Of a DNA stretch of 64,000 nucleotides, positions 14,320 through 26,860 are shown in pieces. Both the position numbers and the translations under genes were made by a program. The notes under the pieces were generated by a model. The model was not told the origin of the DNA and ran no database searches. It saw only the letters and a list, made by a program, of their open reading frames with translations. Source of the DNA: Carcharhinus amblyrhynchos (taxonomy: Eukaryota); assembly GCA_965287045.1 (NCBI GenBank), contig OZ336895.1, positions 28,644,001 to 28,708,000 on the forward strand. Reading direction: 5' to 3'. The first letter of the stretch is position 1. Every line of letters begins with the position of its first letter.

Positions 14320-14705
14320 ACGTTAATGTATACTTCGGGTCCTCAGGTCATCCCAAAGCATTTGTAGTCCATTAATTACTTTAGGACTGCGTACAGTTGT
14401 AGGTAATTTACACACAGCAAAACACAAGCAACAGTGCTTTAAGTCACCAGATGAGCCATTCTGATGGTGTTCTTTGAGGAATAAATGTTGGCCAAAATAC
14501 CACGCAAACTGCCACACTGTTTGAGTGGAGCCTGGATCATTCAGCTGATCAGGTAGACAAGATCTTCTGAAAGACAGTGGCTAAACAGTACATCTCCTCC
14601 TTCCTCCACTACTAAAATATCATTCTCGACTATCTGCTCTAATTCTGGAGGGGCCTCGAGTCCTCAGTTATTTTACTCTGTTGAAAATTCTACCACTGAG
14701 CCCTG
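14320..14705 (-). mobile_element. Old DeuSINE-like element
   Basis: 'cctcaggtcatcccaaagcatttg', 'ttgaggaataaatgttggcca' and 'tctgaaagacag' are reverse complements of DeuSINE tail and core motifs. Confidence 0.55.
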
Positions 14706-15477
14706 ACTTTAACATGCTGCTCATTTCAACCACTTGCCGCATGACTTCCACACACAAATCCAGAGAATTAGAACTGGGGCATTCTAATGTTTATTCCTGC
14801 TAAATCAAGTAACAGCAAAATTATTAAGCCTTTAACACCTATTGGCACCCAATCTCACATTTGACAAGTGCCCACTTAAATGAGATGAAAAAAGTTCAAA
14901 ATTTAAAGAATTGTTTCTGAAATTGATTAACCAAAGTGCGACATGAGAAAAAAAATTTTGAGGGCAACGAGGTTCTGCAGGACCCGAACCTTAACAGTGA
15001 TCAGTGTCTTTACGAGTATTGGAAAGAGGTAAGCAGCATTGAACTGATGACTACAAGAAGGTAGATTCCCTTCAGAAAGTTATTTTGGGGAAATGTCATT
15101 GTGCATTAATTTAATCTCTGTTTCATTCTCTTTATAGTTCTGGAAAGTCTTGGATTTGCTCTTGTACCAGCCTTATGCAAGTTTCACAGCTCTTTGAGCT
15201 CAATTTACAGTTGATAGAATCCAGAGTGGCACTTGACATTTGAAACAAAACGAGAAAAGTTGATAAGTGACCTAAACACCTCCTGGGGCCAAATCATCAT
15301 TTATAATCAGCCAATGGCTACTGATTTTGATTCCAGATTTCAAGCAGTTTCCCAGCACATAACAGTAAAACAGAACTGACACCACATCTCCCCAAGTTAT
15401 CTTATTAATGAAATACCATGGAGAAATTCACATTTCCACTCTGATATTATGTAGTTTGCATGACATAAATAATTATA

Positions 15478-15890
15478 ATCTTTCATGGGATGTGGGCCTC
15501 TCTGGAATGGCCAGAATTTGTTGTCCATCCTTAATTGCCCTGGAGAAGATGGTGGTGTACTGTCTTCTTGAATCACTGCACCCCATCTGCTGTTGGTACA
15601 TCATAGACTTGCTGGGAAAGAAGTTCCAAGATTTTAATCCCATAACAGGGAAGGAATGATGATATAGTTTCAAGTCAGGATGGCATGTAGTCTGGAGGGG
15701 AACATACTGATGATGGTGTTCCTTATGCATCTGCTGCCCTTTTTGTTTTAGATGGTAAAGATTCTGGGTTTACGAGGTGCTGAAGGAGTCTTGAGTTTCT
15801 GCAATGCATTTTGTATATGGTAACTCACCGAACCACTGTGTCAGTGATGGAGGAAGTGAATGTTTAAGTTTATCAAGTGGACTGCTTTGT
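15478..15890 (-). mobile_element. 3' end of a second CR1-group LINE family (here called family B)
   Basis: 'ttcatgggatgtggg...ccttaattgccctggagaagatggtgg'; homologous to 25562-25690/27645-27800 and 31212-31685. Confidence 0.65.
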
Positions 15891-16109
15891 GTTCATTCTG
15901 TTTTCCTAGTTATATGAAACTTGTAGTGATTTTTCCAAGTTTACTTGTATAAAAATAGTCCTGTTGATTCTTCCACTTTTTCAGTACTATCAGTCTCCGT
16001 GTTCAATATTTAGCCTTGGATGAGCTGCAAGTTCTTTTAGATTGAAGATGCCACATTAGGCCTCACCCACAAACTTTGTACCTTGTTGTTAATTCCATTT
16101 CCTTCCTTG

Positions 16110-16770
16110 ACTGGTCTGGGATTGAGTCAAATTGTTGGCAACCTGAGTCTCCATTCAAACCTGAACTGAGGTTCTAACCCAAAACCTCTCCCTCACAAAG
16201 ACAGTTTATTTCCATCTCTCAAAGATCAACTTCCTCCATTCAAACCTCAGCCCACGTGCTGTTGAAACTTTCATCCTTGCCTTTGTAACCACCAGATTCA
16301 GCCATTTCTGTGCTCTACTGGCCGGTCTCTTGTACTCCATATGTTTTTAAGTCTTTTGCCTATATCCTATCCTAGGCCAAATCTTACTCACCTGTGATTC
16401 CTGTCACTGCTGACCTACATTGACTCCCAATCTGTCAAGTCTACCAGTTTAAGAAGATCTGACTCCTGTTTAAATCCTTTTATGCCTTGCCCCTCTCTTA
16501 CGTTGTAATCTCCTCCAGTTCTGCAACCCTGTGAGCCAGCGTCTTGTGGAAACCATTCCCTGTGCCTTCAGTCTTCAGGATCTCCTGTGTGGATGCCCCT
16601 GCCTAAACCTCAATGCATATCAACATCCCTTTGTTGCTTTAGAATTCTTTTTAAAGCCCATCACTTCAGTAAAGTTTTTGATCACCCTCCTTACTATCTC
16701 CTCCTTGGACTGTGCATTCATTTTTGTCTGATTATGTCTGTGTTAAAGGCACAATATAAATACAATTCCT
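16110..16770 (+). mobile_element. L2 LINE 3' fragment
   Basis: Reads AVETFILAFVTTRFSHFCALLAGL (L2 consensus-like ETLIHAFVTSRLDYCNALLAGL); tail 'gttaaaggcacaatataaatacaa'. Confidence 0.7.
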
Positions 16771-16935
16771 GGATTATATTGAGTTAAGTGATTACAACGA
16801 GAGAAGCAGTTGGGACACCACTGTTGACCTCAGTGCTGCTGATTTTGAGTGGATCAAAATGTACCCTTCTTGAATCGCTGCACTCCATCTGCCACAGTTA
16901 CACCATAGCATTGCTGGGAAAGAAGTTCCAGGAAA

Positions 16936-17235
16936 TGGTGGCACAGTGATTAGCACTGCTACCTCACAGTGCCAGGGACCCGGATTCAATTCCAACCTCA
17001 GGTCATTGTCTGTGTGGAGTTTACACATTCTCCCCATGTCAGGATGGGTTCTCTCTGGGTGGTCCAGTTTCCTCCCAGAGTCCAAAGATGTGCAGGTTAG
17101 TTTGATTGGTTATGCTCAGTTGACCTTAATGTAAGGGGATTAGCAGGGTAAATATATGGGGTTATGGGAATAAAACCTGGGTGGGAATTGTGGTTGCTGC
17201 ACAAATGGCCTCCTTCTACACCTTAGGGATTCTGT
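16936..17235 (+). mobile_element. HE1-type V-SINE with CR1-like tail
   Basis: 'ggtggcacagtgattagcactgct...cccggattcaattcc', V-domain, tail 'atggcctccttctacaccttagggattct'. Confidence 0.85.
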
Positions 17236-18634
17236 ACACAACTTGATATTCCTACAGTGGAATATCCTGCCAGCACTGCAACTAGGCTCATACATGAAGA
17301 ACGCCATTTGACGAGACACCGGAGAATAATCTGTTCCTCAGTGAGAGTCAGCATCAGACAAAAAAAGGAAGGGTAGCAGGTAACTTGTTAAGTTTTAAAT
17401 GGCTAATTTGTCACCACAAGGAAGCTGTTTCTATTGACTGATCCTTAAGTTTCAACTGCAAAATGTAAAGTCTGACTGGGTGAAAAGGGCCGGAGTTTCT
17501 CGCATGCAACTCTCTACATTGCAGGTCACCAAATTAGTCACAGTGAATATGGGTTATGTCACATCAGGGCTTGGCTCATACCTGACTGTCATAAGTCCCA
17601 ATTCATCACTTCGTTCAGCAGAGCTAATAAGAAGTGATGGTGGTGGGCAGTGGTCCAGCAAAGGTTTGTGTCTAGAATATTGAAAATGGACTAACTTAAA
17701 ATGACCCTATGAATATGGCAGTCAGCAAAAAACCATCCAGTCCACACCATTATCATGCCTGAAGCATCATGATTAGTAAGTTGCTACCTGCCAGCAGCCA
17801 CACATTCTCCAGGGAGGGGCTGATTTAATAAAAAGGTATGGCAAATTAGTAAGGAGGAGTCTGAAAAATTCCTTCTTAAACCCCAGCAGAGGATAAAAAT
17901 TAGACCAGGAGACATTGACCTTGGGGAATGAAGCCTACGGCTTTCTGCTGTGCACGAGGTGTACCACAGGAGACTGATGGCTGATCTTTAAAATGTCTGG
18001 TTTGGGAGGCTCCTGAAACTTAAGTAGTACAGATACAATTCATGCTTAGCAAGCTCAGTGTATGGATCACTTGGAAGCAAATGTTTTGGAGCAGAAAAAT
18101 TAAAAAATTTAGCTGGGGAGAATATTCTTGGCGAATTGAATGAAAAACCAAAACCTGCACAATATTCTGCTATATCATAGATAACAGAAGGGAACTTTCA
18201 ACAGTGATCCAAATTTCGCTGTTAAAAGCCCTTTTCATTCTGATTCCAGCAACAATCAAGGATGGCAAGAAAGACATGGAACAAAATGATAAGATCTAAG
18301 AAGGGAAAAGAAAAAAGAACAAGTCCTCCTTCAATATGAAAACAGGGCCAATGATTCACAGCAAATTAATAAGTCAAATTCTGTTCTTTAATTAAACCCT
18401 TTTCTGAATGTTTTGACTCTCACACATGATATGGGTTCTACCACAAACCTCCTGGTACCATGCCCAAATTTCTGCTATTTTATCCAAAGCGGTTGGCAGC
18501 AGAGTGTTTGACCATTGGATCAGATCCAATCTCCATTAGCCCAGTGTCCACACTTGTATATTCGAGAAAGGATCAGGAAAATGAGTGTACAGCTCTTTTA
18601 TCTTGATAACTCAGCTGGTTTTATTCCTTTGCTG

Positions 18635-20035
18635 TAAAGACTGGGAATACTCAGCAGGTTTGGCAGTATCTGTGGAGAGAGAAACAGAGTTAACGTTTCA
18701 GGCCAATGATCATTGATCAGAACTGTGAGAAGGTAGAAATGTGATAGATTTTAAGCAGGTGAAATGAGGGAAGGTGGGAAACATGAGAAACGGAAGAAAG
18801 GGGAAGGTCTGTCATAGGGTGGAAGACCGGAAGGATTTAACAACAAGAAGTTTCATACTGCAAGGCCAAAAGGAATGGTAATGGAGCAAGAAAAGAAACA
18901 CAAGATGTGTGTAGAGTTTGTGTGAATAATTGCAATCCTGAAGCAAAAGAGAGGGGAAAGGCATGGCTAAGACTGAAAATTACAAAGAAAATGGGGACAG
19001 AGATAATGCACTGAAATTGCTAAATGCCGTGTTGTACCTAGTGTAGAGCAGATCACATTTTAAACTGAGTACAGTGTACTAAATTAAAAACTGCATATGT
19101 AAAATGCAGTTTCACTTGGGAGGAGTCTTAAACTTACACTTCCCACAACACCTTTCCTTGCATGTCCAAGAGATGCAACATTTGCCTTTCTCCCTCCTCT
19201 TCTCACTGTCCAAGGCTCCAAACTCTAAGCGCAGATTGTGACTGCCTTGCATAATCTCTGTTATGTCTATGGATTGACTCAGTGCTGCAAGTTGCCTGTC
19301 ATTTCAGTTCTCCACCTTGCCCTCACGGTGACCTGTATGTCCTCAACCTCCAGTGTTCCATAAAATCAATGACCAAAAAATCATCTTCAATTGTCAAAAT
19401 TATTCCAGATTTTTACTGAATTCAAATTTTACCAGCTGCAGTGCTGGAAGTTAACCCAGTGCCCCAGAATAATATATTTTGTCAGAGGGTTGTTAGTTTA
19501 CTGAGAGCAATGGAGGATGGATCATTGAATAGATTGAAGGCTGAAGCTTAATGTAAGCTCAAGAAATAGCACCTTATCTTCGATTAGATACTTTACAGCC
19601 TTCTGAATGTTGAGTTCAACAATTTCAGCCAATAATTTCTACCCCCATCTTGTTTCCTTTGCACATTTCGATCTTGCTGTTGTTTGTGCCTTTGGATGAC
19701 AGCTGTTTATATTTCTGCAGTTCACACCTCCTCTGGACACATCCTTTATTGTTTCCTTTCTTGTCCCATCATCATTCCCTTTGGCCTTGCACAAGTAATT
19801 CTGCAGATTAGAGACCTGTCCCCATTCTTTTCACAGCTGTTCCCTTTTGTTCTTTTTCCCATTTCACCTGCTTTAAAACCTATTACATTTTTAAATTCTC
19901 CCTGTGATGAAAGATCTTCAGCTTTAAATGTTAACTTTGTTTCTCGTTCCACAAATGCTGCTAAATCTAATTAGTAGTTTGAGCATTTTTGTCTTCACTC
20001 CAGATTTCCAGCATTCACAGTATTTTGTTCTTTTA
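18635..20035. mobile_element. Two diverged Penelope-like pseudo-LTRs in inverted orientation (18635-19030 minus; ~19150-20035 plus)
   Basis: 'ttttaagcaggtgaaatg' (18749) vs 'catttcacctgctttaaaa' (19860); 'tgcaaggccaaaaggaatg' vs 'cattccctttggccttgca'; both carry decayed hammerhead-like motifs. Confidence 0.6.
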
Positions 20036-21002
20036 TCCCTTTGTCGTCCAATTAAGCTTCATGTTAAAAATGGATTAAAAATGGCATGTTATTGGAGATC
20101 AGCTCCCTGCTTCAAAGATAAACAAGCAAGAAAGCAATCCACATACACTGCTGTCCAAAAACTGAATGTTCTTTAACTGTGAAGATAAGGGAGCCCAAGG
20201 ATAGTTGGGAATAGTTAAAAGAAGAACTGTATGCTTATGATTAGCTTCATCCACTTGAGTTTGCTTCCCTTGAGGTGGAATGTTTTCTCATCTGTTGGAA
20301 TCCTATACTTTTGAGGGTTGAGAGAGATGAGAATAGACTTCTAAATTTGCAGATTGCATCTTGCATCACTGATCTTTACATGTCTGATGCCAACTTTTGA
20401 TAGTGTCTCCAGGCCATTAACTTTAAAAAGACGGAATCCTAAATGCATTTGATGCTTTCATTGAAAGTTAAATAAAGACTGTGGCTGGTTAAACTCCTCA
20501 TTACAGCTTCATTTTGCTTGGGCACAGGACATGTCATGTCTAAAATGATGGCTCAATTAGTAGTCTTATTTAGAACAACAAAGAAATCCTGACAAAAATG
20601 CCGATCTGTTATCCTACTGACTCTGCCTCTGAAACATAGGATCCAGTAAGATGTTTGATTTAGTTCCTGGTCTGTATTGGATACCTCTGCTCACCATTCA
20701 TCCTTTGGATTAGGAAAGGACAAATCTCTTAGAGCTGTTGCTACTGAGTGGTACGCTACAGCCCCCGATTGGTTGATCAAGTGAATGTTGGCGCTCAATG
20801 AATAGTTTATTGTCCAAACTCATTTATGAATAACAATCCATTAATCAAAGTCAGCAGCAAAGCAGTGGTATCGTGAGGGAAGAAGTGTCTTCTGGAGAGG
20901 TATGAAATTTGCAAGTACTAAGATAATTGGCAGAAATTCTAATATGTTTCTCACTGACCTTGCTGAATGTAATTATTGTGGTGAGATGTTTAGGTGCAAT
21001 TA

Positions 21003-21659
21003 ATATTTCTAAATGTCTTTGATGGCACAACACTGCTGTCTCACAGTGCCAAGGGCCTGGGTTCAATTCCAGTCTCAGGTGACTGCTTGGGTGGAGTCTG
21101 CATAATTCTCCCCATGAGTGCTCCGGTTTCCTCCGGGTGCTCCGGTTTCCTCCCACATCCCAAAGATGTGCAGGTTAGGTGGATTGACCATGCTAAATTG
21201 CCCATTAGTGTCAGGGGGAATACTCTGATAAATACATGGGGTTACAGGGACAAAACCTGGGTTAACTTGTTGTTGGTGTAGGCTGATAAGCTGAATGGCT
21301 TCCTTCTGCACTGTAGGGATCCTGTGATTAGCACAGGAGTATATTTCTAAATATCTTTGGCACAGCACTGTTGCCTCACCGTGCCAAGGGCCTGGGTTCA
21401 ATTCCAGCTTCAGGTGACTGCCTGAGTGGAGTTTTCACATTCTCCCCATGTCTGCATGGGTTTCCTCTGGATGTTCTGGTTTCCTCCCACATTCCAAAGA
21501 TGTGCAGGTTAGGTGGATTGGCCGTGCTAAATTGTCTATTATGTCAGGGGGAATACTGGGATAAATACATGGGGTTACAGTTATAAAACCTGGGTTAGCT
21601 TGTTTTTAGTATAGGCTGAATGGCCTCCTTCTGCACCGTAGGGATCCTGTGATTAGCAC
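21003..21659 (+). repeat. Tandem duplication of an HE1 SINE plus flank (two units, period ~338 bp)
   Basis: Both units begin 'atatttctaaat.tctttg' (21003, 21341) and end 'gggatcctgtgattagcac'. Confidence 0.9.
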
Positions 21660-21739
21660 CGCAGTTGGTGTTAATGTAACAAATTTCAGGGTTTTAAAAA
21701 TATTTTATAGTCTTTTCTATAGGTAGACCTTTCATAAAG

Positions 21740-21865
21740 ACATAAGAACGAGGAGCAGGCATAGGTCATACTTCCCCTCCATCCTTACCATTCAGTAAGA
21801 TCATAGCTAATCTGATGTTGGTGTCAATTCCACTTTCTTGCCTTTACCCCCAATCCCTTGAATAT
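21740..21865 (-). mobile_element. CR1 3' tail fragment
   Basis: 'cataagaacgaggagcagg...ccattcagtaagatcatagctaatctg'. Confidence 0.6.
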
Positions 21866-21994
21866 TCTTTTTTCAAAATGACGCTGGAGCGAGGCAACTT
21901 CTTGCAAGCAGTGCTCAGCCTACCGTTTAATTTTATCTTTTATTCTCATTCTGTGCTTCTAAAACTTAATTCTAACTCTTTTATACTGTCTAAC

Positions 21995-22208
21995 AATGAA
22001 CAGCTTCTTCCCTGCTGCCATCAGACTTTTGAATGGATCTACATTGCACTAAGTTGATCTTTCTGTACACCCTAGCAATGACTGAAACACTACATTCTGC
22101 ACTCTCTCGTTTCCATCATTATAAATGGTATGCGTTGTCTGAATAGCACGCAAGAAACAATACTTTTCACTGTTTACTAATATCTGTGACAGTAAATTAA
22201 ATCAAATC
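21995..22208 (+). mobile_element. Rex1/Babar 3' end
   Basis: Homologous to 13490-13695; ends 'tgtgacagtaaattaaatcaaatc'. Confidence 0.8.
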
Positions 22209-24094
22209 CTCTGTAGTTCAAAAAGCTCTCTGTCTTAAGCTTTGAATATATTCAATAACTCAGTTCCAAAAGCAAGTCTAATTAGGAATTCATCTGTACT
22301 ATCCAGTATCCTATTATAGGATAACATGACTTCGCATAAAAATGACAATCCCACATTGCTATAATTTAGACTTCTCCACACCATGTATCTGTACACCTTA
22401 GACAACATCATTTACATTGCAGTCAGATGTGAATCAAAAACTGTTATTTCTGCCATTAGTTAAACTACAGAGGAGCTGTTGTAACAAATATCATCTTTTA
22501 ATTTCAGTCCCTTACAATAAATCAATGTCAGTGGATGCCTTCCTGTTACTTTGAGGGCTGTTTGCCACTTCCTTTGAATCTTTACTGAATCAGACCATGA
22601 CTTACGTGGTGTTTGATTATCTCTCTTAAGGTAAACTGGCCTTATCCTCACCACCTTCTCTCAGTAAGACTTACCTGGAAAATGTTCTCAGCTCTATTAT
22701 TGTCTCTCTTAACAAGAAATTGTGGGCTTGACGCCAACACCATCCTTGTCTGGAGATGTCAGTCAAGTTGGGCATTGCTCCTAGTGAAGGTTCTTTACAA
22801 GTAACTCTTGTTTTCCAGGTGAATAGGGCTGACCCAACACAATGCGGCTTGGATGGCTCGCAAGTGAGAATTAATTATCAGAAGGCAAAGTCTTATTTCG
22901 TGGTTGGCCTGGTTTGGTTTGAATAAATTGTTCAAATTTTGGAAACAAAAGCACAATTTTAAGTTTGCAAGTGACACCAAATTGTGTTGTGGGGTGGGGG
23001 CAGATGGAATATGGGGAGCAGGGTTTTACACTGATCATTGGGCGAGAAAGGATGGGAGGCTCTTGTGGAGCATAAATACTTGCATGATCTGATTGGGTCA
23101 AATGATCTGTTGCTGAGCTGTATATTCAATGTAATTTTTCCTCACACCCACACCTTTCATTCCCAGCTTCATGCTGCAAAAGACACCTTAAACCTTTGAG
23201 CTCTGTTTAACTTTTAAATAATGTGAATCTTATCCACATCTGCAGCTTAATGGTTAACACCCCCCAAATATGAACTGGTGATATAAGCACTTTTCCGCAG
23301 ACATTTTTAGGATTATGATAATATGCACCTCTCAATCAAAACTAATTTTCCAGCAACAGAAAAGAGAATTTTATTTTGCCAGCTTTTTCTCCCATTTTCT
23401 TCACTATATTGGCTCCATGAGCACATCCTCTTTCAAGTAACTATCCATCATTCTCTGTGGGAAAGAGTCATCACGATTGAAGCCAAACTGTTTTAACATG
23501 GCATCAACATATACTGCAGTTTCCAATCAGGATCAGAAGTCGTGGTTACCATAAGCTTTGCCCAGTATATGAAGACCAGACTTAACATCCCTATCACAGC
23601 CCCTGCAAAGATCAACTCAATTCAGATTCTTCTGTTTTAGAAGGAGCAGCCTGAAAATTTGATGTGTCATGCTCCACAAAGAGAGTGCTTGAAGAAATCA
23701 AAACAGCATTATTAGAATTGACAAAAAAAACTGAAGGTCTCACTGTTTGGCTGGAGGGCTCCATATGTTGTGGAGTTAGCCCCTCGTGCACTTGGAATAT
23801 ACCAGATGTTGTGTGATGCAGAAAGTGAGAGACAAAATCATGAATTGGCTGATACATTTATTAGACTAAAAAGCAGTGATATAGCCTTGGTTCATCTGAT
23901 AAGGCAATGAACACCTGATTCCTACAGATCCATCCATGGTCTAGGCTGAGATTTCAGCAGGGGTGGAATTTTACATCATATGGTTAGCCCAAAACCCTTG
24001 GGAACTTCATTATCCATGATTTTCACTTCTGACCATTAACCACCAGCACCTACTGGCAGCATATTGTAGATATATCCTATTTATTCCTTTCAGA

Positions 24095-24923
24095 ATCTTA
24101 TGTTTCTATAAGGTCTCCCCTCATTCTTCTGAATTTCAGTGAATATAGCCCCAGTCTACTCAATCTCTCCTCATAAGCCAAAGTTCTCAATTCTGAAATC
24201 AACCTAGTGAATCTCCTCTGCACCTCCTCCTGTGCCAGTATATCCTTTTTCATGTGAGGAGACCAAAACTGTACACAGTACTCCAGGTGTGGCCGCACCA
24301 GCACCATATACAGCTGCAACATAACTTAGCTGTTTTTAAACTCCATCCATCTAGCAATGAAGGACAAAATTCCATTTGTCGTCTTAATTACCTGCTGCGC
24401 CTGCAAACCAACTTTTTGTGATTAATTCACAAGGACATCCAGATCTCCTCTGCACAGCATCATGCTGCAATTTTTTAACCATTTAATTTATAATCCATTT
24501 TGCTGCTGTTCCTATCAAAATGGATGACCTCACATTTACCAACATTGTACTTCATCTACCAGATCCTTGCCCACTCACTTAGACACTCTATATCCCTTTG
24601 CAGACTTTCAGCGTCTTCTGCACACTTTGCTCTGCCACTCATCTTAATGTCATCTGTGAATTTGACATACTACAGTTGGTCCCCAACTCCACATCATCTA
24701 TGTAAATCGTAAATAATTGCGAACCCAACACCGATTCCTGAGACACACCACTAGTCATTGCCAACCAGAAAAACACCCATTTACCCCCACTCTTTGAAGA
24801 AATTAAGGGTTATGGTGAGCGGGTGGGTAAGTGGAGCTGAGCCCATGAAAAGATCAGTCATGATCTTATTGAATGGTAGAGCAGGCTCAAGGGGCCAGAT
24901 GGCCTACTCCTAGTTCTTATGTT
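24095..24923. mobile_element. CR1 LINE: antisense RT segment (24095-24796) joined to a sense 3' tail (24797-24923)
   Basis: Minus-strand ORF 24098-24322 [15 protein letters not shown]...RGDLIET; plus-strand tail 'aagggttatgg...ggcctactcctagttcttatgtt'. Confidence 0.85.
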
Positions 24924-25688
24924 GGGTGAATACAAGATTGGCCCTGAGTGAGGAGCCTTTGAGCAAGTAACCAATGATCTTTATTATTCACTTTCAAGTC
25001 AATCATTCTCTTACCTCCAACTAATCTTTTTCTCTTTTGACTTTTCTTTATTTTTACTGTTGATTCTGCTGCAGTTTGTGGCCCCTCTGAACATAAGAAA
25101 AGAAATGAACAAAAAAACTCACCACTGAATTTCATCTATTTGGTACCCTATTTCCCTTTGCCTGCTCCACCCCTTCTTCACCAAAGTCCATCTTTAATAC
25201 CCTAACTGTCCCATTGAAGCCTAGCTTTTAATACCCGAACCCCCCCAATATAGGATCAAATTGATCTGTTTCCACTGACCTGATGACGGATGACTCCAAA
25301 CATTTATCATCTTCCAGTAAATCTCTTGAGATTTGAATTTAATATTCATATAAGTAAATGTTTGAGTTATTTTCACAAGTTTTGTTGCAAATTGAAGCTT
25401 TTCACTGATATAGGATGCAGTGGATAGACACAACCATAGAATCATTTACAAATCCTTTTGATATTCTCATGAGGTATCAAACATGTGTTGGGTTATTTTG
25501 GCCAGTTTTTCAGATGAGATCTACATTTAAAGATTGGATTTTAAGTGCTAAGTATAATCACTTTTTAAAAATTCATTCATGAGATGTGAGCATCGCTGGT
25601 TAGGCCAGCATTTATTGCCCATTGCTAATTGCCCTGGAGAAGATGGTGCTCTCTTGAACTGCTGCAGTCCATGTGTTGTAGATGCATC

Positions 25689-26753
25689 ATGATGTAGAGA
25701 TGCTGGCGTTGGACTGGAGTAAACACAGTAAGAAGTCTCACAACACCAGGTTAGAGTCCAACCAGTTTATTTGATAGTAATCTCACAAGCTTTTGGAAAT
25801 GGTGTCCCTTCATCAGGTGTGTGGAAGGTTGTGATCAGAGAAGGGCATATAAAGTCACACACAGTTTACAGAATACTGACTAAAATGCAAGTCTTTACAG
25901 CTAACCTGCTATTCAAGTCTTAAAGATGCAGGCAGTGTGAGTGGAGATAGCATTAGCATAGGTTAAAGAGATGTGTATTATCTCCAGCCAGGACAGTAAG
26001 TGAGATTTTACAAGCCTAGGCAAATCATGGGGGTTACAGATAGTGTGACATGAATCCAAGATCCCGGTTGAGGTCGTCCTCGTGTACGGAACTCGGCTAT
26101 CACTCTCTGCTCAGCGACTCTGCGCTGTCGTATGTCGTGAAGGTCACCTTGGAGAATGCTTACCCGAAGATCAGAGACCGAATACCCATGACCGCTGAAG
26201 TGTTCGCCAACAGGAACGGAACAGTTTTGCCTGGTGATTGTCGAGCGATGTTCATTCATCCATTGTCACAGTGTCTGCATGGTCTGCCCAACGTACCATG
26301 CTTCGGGACATCCTTTCCTGCAGCGTATTAGGTAGACAACGTTGGCCGAGTTGCAAGAGTATGTGCCATGTACCTGGTGGATGGTGTTCTCACATGAGAT
26401 GATGTCATCCTTATTGATGATCTGGCACGTCTTGCAGGGGTTGCTGTGGCAGGGTTGTGTGGTGTTGTGGTCACTGTTCCCCTGAAGGCTGGGTAGTTTG
26501 CTGCAGACAACGGTCTGTTTGAGATTGTGCAGTTGTTTGAAGGCAAGAAGTGGGGGTGTGGGGATGGCCCTGGCGAGATTTTCGTCTTCATCAATGATGT
26601 GTTGAAGACTCCGGAGAAGATGTCGTAGCTTCTCCGCTCTGGGGAAGTACTGGACAACAAAGGGTACTCTGTGCACCGTGTCCCGTGTTTGTCTTCTGAG
26701 GAGGTCAGTGCAGTTTTTCGCTGTGGCCATCCCCAGTGTTGTGAGACTTCTTC
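25689..26753 (-). mobile_element. Penelope-like retroelement fragment: GIY-YIG endonuclease region plus pseudo-LTR
   Basis: Minus ORFs 26266-26808 (PCHSNPCKTC...YSCNSANVVYLIRCRKGCPEAWYVGQT) and 26008-26259 (MNEHR...VGEHF...H); flanked by the 13-bp direct repeat TTGTAGATGCATC at 25676-25688 and 26754-26766. Confidence 0.9.
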
Positions 26754-26860
26754 TTGTAGATGCATCCACAGGGCTGTTATATAGACTTATGTTCCAACCA
26801 TTATCCAATCATTAATGGTATCTTTGTCTATATATGCCATGTTTATGAAACCTACCGTTC

